29,193 nucleotides of DNA, from IMG/VR virus record IMGVR_UViG_3300020042_002655, positions 1-29,193 of that record, one strand, 5' to 3'. The notes under the pieces were generated by a model. The model was not told the origin of the DNA. It made no database searches and was given only the letters and a program-made list of their open reading frames with translations. Below, piece by piece: positions 1 to 8,421 of this stretch; position 1 is the stretch's first letter, and each line of letters opens with the position of its first letter. A program made the translations under genes and the position numbers. This stretch comes from a virus. Lineage: Duplodnaviria > Caudoviricetes.

Positions 1-16
1 TGCGAGGTAAACACTG

Positions 17-502
17 ATGATGACGCTATTTACAACACTAATTTCTTTCCTGTCCGGCGGCTTACCAAAACTACTGGACTTCTTCCAAGACAAGCAGGAT
101 AAGAAGCACGAGTTAGCCTTGGCGCAGATTCAGGTGCAATCTCAACTTGAGATGCAAAAGGCGGGCTTTCAGTCCCAAGAGCATATTGAGGAAATTCGTA
201 CCGAGCAGATCAGTATTCAGGCCCAAGCCTCCGAGCGGCAAGCCCTCTACGCCCACGACATTGAGATTGGTAAAGGTGCATCCCAGTGGGTGATTAACCT
301 CCGCGCTATGGTACGACCAACCATTACCTACGGCCTGTTCTTCTTGCTAGTCATCATTGATATTGCTGGCGTCTGGTATGCGTGGACTACTAACGTGCCG
401 TTCAACGTCATGATCGAAGCGGTTTGGGACGACGATACGCAGATCATCTGGGCGTCTGTAATTTCGTTCTGGTTTGGGACTCAAGCATTCTCTAAAAAAT
501 GA
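17..502 (+). CDS. Holin, GTA-type 3TM holin-like
   Basis: Hydrophobic N-terminus, coiled region, then VRPTITYGLF plus a TM helix and a C-terminal ISFWFGTQ..KK. Lies directly upstream of a lysozyme. GAGG SD at 4-7. Confidence 0.75.
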   Translation: MMTLFTTLISFLSGGLPKLLDFFQDKQDKKHELALAQIQVQSQLEMQKAGFQSQEHIEEIRTEQISIQAQASERQALYAHDIEIGKGASQWVINLRAMVRPTITYGLFFLLVIIDIAGVWYAWTTNVPFNVMIEAVWDDDTQIIWASVISFWFGTQAFSKK

Positions 503-684
503 CCCGCCTATTAATACTGGTTCTGCTGTGTATTCTTGTAGCGTTCCATATGTTTGGTTGCGCGGATAAGCACGCAGATTGCGTAGAGATGGCACAGCGT
601 GAGTATTCCAACGCCCACCCAGAGACAAGCTACAGCCAGCTAATACTGAAACGTCAAGACTTTGAGCGTCGATGCCCACAATGA
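499..684 (+). CDS. Small putative lipoprotein in the lysis cassette (spanin candidate)
   Basis: MTR, a hydrophobic stretch and lipobox-like MFG|C. Overlaps the holin stop (ATGA) and the endolysin start. Confidence 0.5.
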   Translation: MTRLLILVLLCILVAFHMFGCADKHADCVEMAQREYSNAHPETSYSQLILKRQDFERRCPQ

Positions 685-1175
685 ACTTTACCGCCCTGCA
701 TGAACTCAAGTACCACGAAGGCGTAAGGAAGAAGCCTTACTTAGATAGTGTGCTGTTGTGGACGACAGGGGTGGGGCATCTGATAGCGCCGAAAGAACAT
801 CTGAACATGACACTTGTTCAGCGCAAGGAAGCCAAAGCTGCGGGTTTATTAAAGTGTCCGGCGGAATGGGACAGGGGGCTAACGAATGCCGAAGTGGATG
901 AGATTCTTAAAACAGACCTTGCTCGGTTTGAACGAGGTGTTTTACGTTATTGCCCTACTGGCCTTACTCAAGGCAGGTACAACGCACTTGTCAGTTTTGC
1001 ATTTAATGCTGGGCTAGGCCGATTACAAAGCTCGTCGATCCGTACTAAGCACAACCGGGGCGATTTTGATGGCGCGAGTAACGCTTTTCTGCTATACAGA
1101 ATGGCAAGTGGCGTGGTCCAAAAAGGGCTAGAAACTCGTCGCAAAGACGAACGCGCAATGTACTTAGGGGGCTAA
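672..1175 (+). CDS. Endolysin, phage lysozyme (GH24)
   Basis: Catalytic E-x8-D-x5-T pattern (HEGVRKKPYLDSVLLWTTGVGH), ALVSFAFNAG and GLETRRKDE. The start could be the second Met (681). Confidence 0.92.
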   Translation: MPTMNFTALHELKYHEGVRKKPYLDSVLLWTTGVGHLIAPKEHLNMTLVQRKEAKAAGLLKCPAEWDRGLTNAEVDEILKTDLARFERGVLRYCPTGLTQGRYNALVSFAFNAGLGRLQSSSIRTKHNRGDFDGASNAFLLYRMASGVVQKGLETRRKDERAMYLGG

Positions 1176-1176
1176 T

Positions 1177-3273
1177 GTGCCATTACAAAAGATCGTACTA
1201 AAAGCCGGTGTGAACCGCGAGAACACGCGCTACACCAATGAAGGCGGCTACTACGAGTCTGATAAGGTTCGGTTCCGCCAAGGTACGCCTGAAAAGATTG
1301 GCGGCTGGGCGCGCATATCTGCTAACACGTTCGTAGGTGTATGTCGTTCGCTGTGGAACTGGATTACGCTAAACTACCAGAATCTGCTGGGCGTTGGCAC
1401 TAACTTAAAGTTCTACATTGAGAATGGTGGCGTCTATAACGACATCACGCCTATTCGGGTGTCCAACACGCTAACCAACCCATTTACTACAACGGTGGGT
1501 TCTGCTGTCGTAACCGTAACCGATGCTAGCGGTGGGTTTGAGAATAACGACTTCGTAACTTTTTCCCCTACGGTAACTTTTGCAGGGATCACAGTCTTTG
1601 GTGAGTACCAGATTACTTACCTGACCAATACGACTTACACCATTACGGCCTCTCCTGCGGCATCGTTTGCCACTACTGCTGGTGGTACGATTTACGCGGT
1701 GTATCAGATTAATACGGGTGCTGATTACGCCATTCCGGCGGTAGGCTGGGGCGCGGGTCCTTGGGGTGCTGGTACTTGGGGCAATGGCGCTGCATCGGCA
1801 ACAGCAATCCGTATCTGGAATCAAAACAACTTTGGTCAGGATTTAATCCTTGGCCCCCGCGATGCGCCCCTGTACTACTGGAACGCTAATATCGGATACA
1901 CCCCTAAAACAGCGTCAGTTAGTATCGCGTCCCCTTGCGTAGTCAGTTTTTCAGGTAGTTTAGCCAACGGTACGGCGCTTACATTGCAAACTACTGGTGC
2001 GCTGCCAACTGGGCTGACAATCGGTGTGACGTACTACGTGGTTAACTCAACTGGCGGCACGTTCAATCTGGCAGCAACTTCTGCTGGCGCGCCTATTAAT
2101 ACGACAGGCACACAGTCTGGCATTCAGGCTATCTCGCCTCGCGCTATTCCTATCTCGCAGCTAACTGGGGCTAACGAAACACCGATCAGCCAGAAGTTTT
2201 TCCTAATCTCGGACGCTAGCCGGTTCGTTATCTGTTTTGGCACGAACGATGTGTTCAGCACAACGGTTGACCCTATGCTGATTCGCTGGTCAGATCAAGA
2301 GTCTGTGATTGAATGGGAGCCAGCCATTACCAACCAAGCGGGTAGTGTGCGTTTGTCACATGGTTCGGAAATTGTTACCGCCTTGCAAAGTCGGCAGGAA
2401 ATTCTTATCTGGACAGATTCCTCACTCTATTCCTTGCAATACCTTGGCCCTCCGTATGTCTGGGGATCGCAACTTCTTGGTGACAACATCTCTATTGCTG
2501 GCCCTAATGCAGCGGCTTTAGCGTCTGGTATTACGTACTGGATGGGCGCGGACAAGTTTTACAAGTACGCTGGTGGACTACAAACTTTGCGTTGTGACTT
2601 GTTGCGCTATGTTTATAACGACATTAACCGACAACAGTTTGACCAAGTTTATGCTAGTACGAACGAGGGCTTTAACGAAGTCTGGTGGTTCTATTGCTCG
2701 GCCAATTCAAACGAAGTTAATCGCTATGTCGTGTACAACTATACGGAAGACATCTGGTATTACGGCAACTTGGGGCGCACGGCATGGTTGGATACCGGGC
2801 TACGGAGCTTCCCGATTGCGGCCACCTACGCTTACAACATAGTTAACCACGAGTCTGGTGTAGATGATGGTATGTTGGCCAATCTTTTGCCTATTGAAGC
2901 GTCTATTACAACGTCGCAGTTTGATATTGGCGATGGGCATAACTTTGCGTTTGTGTGGCGGATGTTGCCAGATTTAACATTTAATGGATCAACGGACGGC
3001 GTAACACCGCGTCTGACCATGCAGCTACAGCCGTTGTCTAATTCGGGTTCTGGGTATAACGCACCTAAGTCTGTTGGTGGGATAGATTCTGACGCAACTG
3101 AGGCCGTTGTAGCTACACAGATTTATCCAATTGATTTGGATACGTACAACGGGCAGGTCTATATCCGTGTGCGTGGCCGGCAGATGTCGATGAAGATTGC
3201 GTCAAGTACGATTGGTACGCAGTGGCAGCTAGGCTCCCCGCGTATAGACTTGACCCCTGACGGACGTAGATAA
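1177..3273 (+). CDS. Tail nozzle / head-stabilisation-like virion protein
   Basis: 698 aa, beta-rich, with IRWSDQE, NEVWWFY, YVVYNY and terminal RVRGRQ...DGRR motifs typical of podovirus tail tubular/stabilisation proteins. Sits before the ejection genes. Confidence 0.65.
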   Translation: MPLQKIVLKAGVNRENTRYTNEGGYYESDKVRFRQGTPEKIGGWARISANTFVGVCRSLWNWITLNYQNLLGVGTNLKFYIENGGVYNDITPIRVSNTLTNPFTTTVGSAVVTVTDASGGFENNDFVTFSPTVTFAGITVFGEYQITYLTNTTYTITASPAASFATTAGGTIYAVYQINTGADYAIPAVGWGAGPWGAGTWGNGAASATAIRIWNQNNFGQDLILGPRDAPLYYWNANIGYTPKTASVSIASPCVVSFSGSLANGTALTLQTTGALPTGLTIGVTYYVVNSTGGTFNLAATSAGAPINTTGTQSGIQAISPRAIPISQLTGANETPISQKFFLISDASRFVICFGTNDVFSTTVDPMLIRWSDQESVIEWEPAITNQAGSVRLSHGSEIVTALQSRQEILIWTDSSLYSLQYLGPPYVWGSQLLGDNISIAGPNAAALASGITYWMGADKFYKYAGGLQTLRCDLLRYVYNDINRQQFDQVYASTNEGFNEVWWFYCSANSNEVNRYVVYNYTEDIWYYGNLGRTAWLDTGLRSFPIAATYAYNIVNHESGVDDGMLANLLPIEASITTSQFDIGDGHNFAFVWRMLPDLTFNGSTDGVTPRLTMQLQPLSNSGSGYNAPKSVGGIDSDATEAVVATQIYPIDLDTYNGQVYIRVRGRQMSMKIASSTIGTQWQLGSPRIDLTPDGRR

Positions 3274-3572
3274 TGGCACAGAAAAATGTTGTTGCGCCTC
3301 GTTTACCTAATGCTCCAGAAGAGTATGATCCGTTATATGTAAATCAGTTGTTGAGCCTGTTGCGCCTGTACTTTAATCAGATAGATAATATAGGCCCAAT
3401 AAGCGTTACGTCACAGAAGAACGGGTCGGACGTTATATCCGCACTGAGCTTTCCCCCTGTGCCAAATACGGTTTTACCGAGCTTGCCAACGCAAGCAGAC
3501 TTAGCCAATTTACGAGTAGGCGATGTGTACTACGACACAACCGCCGGTAATGTTTTAAAGATAAAGGTCTAA
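3273..3572 (+). CDS. Small virion/tail-associated protein
   Basis: Coupled to the upstream gene (TAATG). N-terminal helix RLPNAPEEYD..LRLYFNQID and C-terminal GDVYYDT..LKI beta motif. Confidence 0.5.
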   Translation: MAQKNVVAPRLPNAPEEYDPLYVNQLLSLLRLYFNQIDNIGPISVTSQKNGSDVISALSFPPVPNTVLPSLPTQADLANLRVGDVYYDTTAGNVLKIKV

Positions 3573-3573
3573 T

Positions 3574-6249
3574 ATGAGCCTCCATCAACTAGCCCATCAC
3601 ATGAAGAACGCCGGTCGCGGCGAAGATAAAATGCTGATGCACATGACACCCGGCGAAGTTCACGGCCTGCAAAAATTGGCTATGGCGCATGGTGGGTCTT
3701 TGACTATCAACCCTGAGACGGGCTTGCCTGAAGCGGGCATCTTATCTTCCATCCTGCCCATAATCGCGGGTTTTGCTCTTGGTCCAGCCGGTTTTAAGTT
3801 AATGTCCGCCATGAACGCAGGATTGGCCGTTGGTGCAGTTGGCACACTGGCTACGGGCAGTCTCAGTAAAGGTCTGATGATGGGCTTGGGCGCTTACGGT
3901 GGCGCAGGTCTTGGCGGCGGTCTTGAGTCTTTAGGCAGCACGGCGGCTGGTGCTGGTGGTACTGCGGGTAGTGCGGCGGGTACTGCGGCGGGTACTGCGG
4001 CTGGTAGCGGTGTGTCTGCGTTGCCAATTCAAGGTTCGGCCAATATTGTTTCAAATATTACTAAGGGTGCGACAGAGGCAGTCGGTCGAGTGCCGGGTGT
4101 AAATCCTGCGGGTGCGTATGAAGCCTATAAATCGGCTTCGTTAGGGCAAGGACTGCCAATTCAAACCCGCGTTGCTGGGCAAGCCCGCGACGTTGCGGAC
4201 GAGTATATTAATGAGTACACACGCCGTAACCCTGTCCAACCCGCAAACCTACCCCAAATATCGCCAGACATAGTTAACCCTAATTTAGAAATAGGTGTAC
4301 GGCCATTAAATTCGCCTACTGTAAGCACGGGGTCGTATGGCCAGATAGATGCAACAAACCAGCAACTGTTTGCATCTGGAAACATAGCACCGCCTAGTGC
4401 CCCTCCTCCGGCACCAATCCAGCCGTCTATGGATGCAACAATAAACCAACCATTTAAAGACTATACAGCTTCCTCGTACAAACCGCCAAGACCCGGTGAT
4501 GCAACAATACAACAGCTATTTAAAAACTACACGGGAGGTCCGTCAACACGGTCTTTGCCACCTATTGAAGATCGTTCGCGCCTTGCTGAAAAATTAGCAA
4601 CAAACCTTAATAAGCCCAACAACACGATGCGTGGTTTGAAAGAAGCTACGTCTAGCTGGGATGGACTTAAAAGCCTGTATGGCGCTATGGATAAAAAAGA
4701 TCCGTATTCTGCACAGGCGCTGGGGTTCAGTTTGTTGTCTGGCATGTACGAACGCCCTAAACCACCCAAAGGTTCTAAAGCATTAATTCGCCCATACACA
4801 ATGAAACGTAACCGCGTAGTGGACTCCGATGTTGGTCCTAGCTCCTCGGCCGAGCGTCGTTACTTTGAAGATGTGTACACGGCAGGTACGCCTTACGAAG
4901 CGCCGGGTCCTGAGTATATGGCTAATGGCGGTATCGTTGCGTTAGCTAATGGTGGGTACATGGATGGTATTGACGCGCAAAGCCCTGTAGATATTGACAG
5001 CGGAAATCAGTTTGCTGCACAACAGCGGTACGACTACCCAAGCATGCAAGCGCCGTCGCCACTACAAAATACATTTGCTGAGTCTGACAATATGATGATG
5101 CCGCAAGGATTTGCTGATGGTGGCGGTATCGTTGCGTTGGCTGGTGGTGGCGGGATGCCAATATCTTCTGATTTTGACGTAAGTGGAGCGGCAGAGGAAC
5201 TTAGTGCCGAACTGCCACGATATAAGTACTTAGGCAACAACAAATACGAACTAATAGAGCCTGTCGCAAAGACCGGCACAGCTACTACATCAAACCCTAT
5301 TTCGACAGTAGAAGAATTAAATGCGATATATCAAAAATATTTAGGCCGAGATTCGGACCCAACCGGACAACGAATCTATATGAATAAGCGGAAATTTACG
5401 CCAGAATATGTTGCCCAAGACATACAAAAATCTGAAGAGTACAAACCAATTGGACTGCGGTTGGCGGAAGAAAAAAAGGTAGAAGATGCACGTTTGGCGG
5501 AAGAAGCTAAACAAGCTACGTATGCAAACCCAACACAAATTGCAAACGTATACGATAAAGTATTTGGGCGTGCGCCAGATATGGGCGGTCTTGATTACTA
5601 CTCGGGGCAGAACTTAACGCCAGCAGAGATTGAGCAGCAGTTACGGCAATCGGACGAGTACAAAACAAGCTTAACAAAGCCGTTTGTGCCTGCAATCAGT
5701 TACACCGGCAACAGACTGTCATACGACGATATTAAGCAGCAGCTTGGCCACGACCCTACGTACAAAGAAGTTAAGGCCGCAGGCGAAGCGTTTATTCCTA
5801 ATCGTGCAACCATCGAAGGTGCGCCACAGTACCAAACGCCCGAACAACAAATGGGACTAGCACCGAATAAGCCACGGGATCAAACGCCTGACTTCTACGC
5901 CATGATGGATAAAGAATTAAGAGCGCAGGGTGGTTATGCTGACGGTGGTCATATTAATGCGTACAGTCTGGGCGGATACTCGGATGGTGGCAGTTTGTTA
6001 AGGGGTCCCGGCGATGGTGTTAGTGATTCTATTCCAGCTAGTATTGGTGATCGTCAGCCTGCTCGTCTTGCTGACGGAGAGTTCGTTATACCAGCCCGGA
6101 TTGTTTCAGAACTGGGTAATGGCTCAACTGAAGCGGGTGCTAAACGCCTTTACGCTATGATGGACCGCGTACAAAAAGCTCGCCGTAAGACGGTGGGTAA
6201 GGGTAAAGTAGCGGTTAATTCTAAAGCGGACAAACACTTACCAGCATGA
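3574..6249 (+). CDS. Putative ejection / DNA-transfer protein 1 (891 aa)
   Basis: N-terminal GRGED..H..PGE..TINPETGLPE, Gly/Ala-rich hydrophobic segment, repeated AxGG motifs, two DUF4214-like helical repeats, and C-terminal GPGDGVSDSIPA..LADGEFV domain. Confidence 0.6.
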   Translation: MSLHQLAHHMKNAGRGEDKMLMHMTPGEVHGLQKLAMAHGGSLTINPETGLPEAGILSSILPIIAGFALGPAGFKLMSAMNAGLAVGAVGTLATGSLSKGLMMGLGAYGGAGLGGGLESLGSTAAGAGGTAGSAAGTAAGTAAGSGVSALPIQGSANIVSNITKGATEAVGRVPGVNPAGAYEAYKSASLGQGLPIQTRVAGQARDVADEYINEYTRRNPVQPANLPQISPDIVNPNLEIGVRPLNSPTVSTGSYGQIDATNQQLFASGNIAPPSAPPPAPIQPSMDATINQPFKDYTASSYKPPRPGDATIQQLFKNYTGGPSTRSLPPIEDRSRLAEKLATNLNKPNNTMRGLKEATSSWDGLKSLYGAMDKKDPYSAQALGFSLLSGMYERPKPPKGSKALIRPYTMKRNRVVDSDVGPSSSAERRYFEDVYTAGTPYEAPGPEYMANGGIVALANGGYMDGIDAQSPVDIDSGNQFAAQQRYDYPSMQAPSPLQNTFAESDNMMMPQGFADGGGIVALAGGGGMPISSDFDVSGAAEELSAELPRYKYLGNNKYELIEPVAKTGTATTSNPISTVEELNAIYQKYLGRDSDPTGQRIYMNKRKFTPEYVAQDIQKSEEYKPIGLRLAEEKKVEDARLAEEAKQATYANPTQIANVYDKVFGRAPDMGGLDYYSGQNLTPAEIEQQLRQSDEYKTSLTKPFVPAISYTGNRLSYDDIKQQLGHDPTYKEVKAAGEAFIPNRATIEGAPQYQTPEQQMGLAPNKPRDQTPDFYAMMDKELRAQGGYADGGHINAYSLGGYSDGGSLLRGPGDGVSDSIPASIGDRQPARLADGEFVIPARIVSELGNGSTEAGAKRLYAMMDRVQKARRKTVGKGKVAVNSKADKHLPA
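4348..4533 (+). repeat. Three dispersed DAT(N/I)xQxF coding repeats
   Basis: gatgcaacaa starts at 4348, 4432 and 4498, encoding DATNQQLF, DATINQPFKDYT and DATIQQLFKNYT. Confidence 0.75.
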
Positions 6250-6749
6250 ATACACCAGAATTTAACCGACTAGATAAACACGTTCCACTGTTTCATGAGT
6301 TTCTTCTTGGAAATATAGAAGCAGTGCAGTTTGTTGTGCGCGTATTCAGAGCGTTACATGTCTGGGACGACCTTATTGATAAAGATAAAGAATTGACGGA
6401 CGACGAGATACATTCTGTTTTTTGGGATTTACTTATCGTACTGCCGGCAGATTCTTTCTATATTCGGAACCAAGCGCTACTTGGTAGCACGTTAATGAAT
6501 GCAGTTATTAACTGGCACATAGCAAACAAACTGGAACGAGAAGGCGATGAAAAAGATAAGTCCATAGCGTTTATCTTACGCGGTGCTTACATTGATTTGC
6601 TTTCGACAGCGGCTTTTATTGTTGGCGGTATAGAGTGGGTGCAAGAAATTGGGCCAACCATACGTCGTTGGGCACATGCAGAAACATTTGATGAATATAG
6701 TATAAATCTGGCAACAGAATGCGAGGCGCGTAATGCTAATCAAAAATAA
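6246..6749 (+). CDS. Helical protein with DDxxD motif (isoprenoid-synthase-like; function unknown)
   Basis: HVWDDLIDKD motif at the end of a hydrophobic helix, and the protein looks all-alpha. Overlaps both neighbours. Confidence 0.55.
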   Translation: MNTPEFNRLDKHVPLFHEFLLGNIEAVQFVVRVFRALHVWDDLIDKDKELTDDEIHSVFWDLLIVLPADSFYIRNQALLGSTLMNAVINWHIANKLEREGDEKDKSIAFILRGAYIDLLSTAAFIVGGIEWVQEIGPTIRRWAHAETFDEYSINLATECEARNANQK

Positions 6750-8412
6750 ATTTAACGGGTATTCGCCTGATGGGCACCGTGTTTATCCTTGCGAGCCAAG
6801 TTCTTCCGGCGCAACTAGCCAGAACATCACGCAAACGTCGATCCCGGACTACGCTCGGCCGTATGTAGAGGAAATGCTTGGCAAAAATGCCGCGCTTATA
6901 GCTCAAGATTATCAGCCATATGACTACAACCGGATTGCGGACTTTGATCCAATGCAGTTGCAAGCCCAGCAGGCTGCGGCTAACTTAGGGCCGTCTAAAC
7001 AGCTTGGTACTGCTACGCAAATGGCGGGGTTGGCTGGTCTAAACGCTGGTAAGACAAAATATGATCCAACTACCTTCGGTAATCAGTTTACTGCACCGGA
7101 TAAATATTCTGGCGTAAACTTTACTAATCAATTTACTGCACCGACAAAATACTCAAATACCCAGTTTACTTACGACACAATATCACCTACAGATCAGCTA
7201 GGCGGGGATATGACCGCCGCGCAGATGACCGCGCCAAGTAGCGTAACTGGATTTGGCGGCACCACCAAAGAAGCTTCTACGCAATCATTTACTGATCCTG
7301 CGGCAACCTTTGGCGGGCAGAGTACTGCTGCTAAGTACATGAACCCGTATACCCAGAATGTTACCAACATTCAAACGCGGGAGGCGGATCGTGCCGCCAA
7401 TGTGGCTAACACACAATTAGGGGCGCAAGCAGCGCAGCAAGGGGCTTTTGGGGGCTCACGTCATGCCATTATGCAAGCCGAAGCTGCACGTAATCTTGCT
7501 CAACAAAAGGGTGATATTACTGCTAAAGGCCAACAAAACGCTTACGAGCAAGCTATGCAACAGTTCAATGCCGAACAAGGGTATGGGCTTACCGCGCAAC
7601 AGGCTAACTTGCAAGCCGGATTACAATCCGCACTGGCTAATCAACAAACTGGCTTAACAACAAACACACAGAATTTAAGTGCAAATCAACAAACTAATGT
7701 GCAGAACTTGGCGGCTAAGTTACAGACTCAGGGTTTGAATGCGCAACAAGCGATGCAGGCTGCGTTGGCTAATCAACAAGCCGGTATTAGTACGCAACAA
7801 GCAACGGAACAATCTAAGCAATATGGTTACGGTCAAGAGATGACTGCTGCCCAACAGAGAGCGCAGTACGGGTTAGCTGCGCAGCAAGCGCAGGAACAAT
7901 CTAACCAGTTTGGCTACGGTCAGCAGATGAATGCCGCACAACAAAGAGCGCAGTATGGTCTTGCTGGGCAACAGGCTGGCGAACAGTCTAAACAGTTTGG
8001 CGCTAATCTTGGTATGCAAGGTATTCAACAGCAACTAGCTGCTGCCGGCACGTTAGGTCAGCTAGGTCAGACACAGTTTGGCCAACAAAAAGACATTATC
8101 AACGCGCAGGCTAATGCTGGTGCGCAGCGTCAAGCACAACAGCAACAAAAATTAACGCAAGACTACAATGACTTTCAAGCGCAAAAACAGCACCCGTATC
8201 AACAACTGAGCTATATGTCGGACATGTTGCGCGGGTTGCCGATGAGCCAAAGTACACAGGCTATGTATCAAGCACCGCCTTCAGCAATATCACAATTTGG
8301 TGGTGCGGCTATTGCAGGCAAGTATGCAGGATTGTACAAAAAAGGCGGTATTGTTAAAGCGTCCAAGAAGTCTGCCGGTCTGGCAGCGTTAGCTCTCAAG
8401 CGCATGGGTTAA
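6733..8412 (+). CDS. Putative DNA pilot / ejection protein 2, Gln/Ala/Asn-rich coiled coil
   Basis: YMNPY and GAFGGSR motifs, 11-aa and 29-aa Q-rich repeats, and position in the ejection cluster. Confidence 0.65.
   Translation: MLIKNKFNGYSPDGHRVYPCEPSSSGATSQNITQTSIPDYARPYVEEMLGKNAALIAQDYQPYDYNRIADFDPMQLQAQQAAANLGPSKQLGTATQMAGLAGLNAGKTKYDPTTFGNQFTAPDKYSGVNFTNQFTAPTKYSNTQFTYDTISPTDQLGGDMTAAQMTAPSSVTGFGGTTKEASTQSFTDPAATFGGQSTAAKYMNPYTQNVTNIQTREADRAANVANTQLGAQAAQQGAFGGSRHAIMQAEAARNLAQQKGDITAKGQQNAYEQAMQQFNAEQGYGLTAQQANLQAGLQSALANQQTGLTTNTQNLSANQQTNVQNLAAKLQTQGLNAQQAMQAALANQQAGISTQQATEQSKQYGYGQEMTAAQQRAQYGLAAQQAQEQSNQFGYGQQMNAAQQRAQYGLAGQQAGEQSKQFGANLGMQGIQQQLAAAGTLGQLGQTQFGQQKDIINAQANAGAQRQAQQQQKLTQDYNDFQAQKQHPYQQLSYMSDMLRGLPMSQSTQAMYQAPPSAISQFGGAAIAGKYAGLYKKGGIVKASKKSAGLAALALKRMG
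7075..7170 (+). repeat. 15-aa (45-bp) coding tandem repeat
   Basis: FGNQFTAPDKYSGVN / FTNQFTAPTKYSNTQ / FT. Confidence 0.8.
7807..8001 (+). repeat. 29-aa (87-bp) coding tandem repeat
   Basis: EQS(K/N)Q(Y/F)G units start at 7807, 7894 and 7981. Confidence 0.85.
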
Positions 8413-8421
8413 GGATATAAA

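Noticed and set aside
3940-4010. 12-bp gcgggtactgcg repeats as a regulatory or phase-variable tract
   Set aside because: In-frame AGTA repeats in a Gly/Ala linker; the unit length is a multiple of three, so no frameshift switching.
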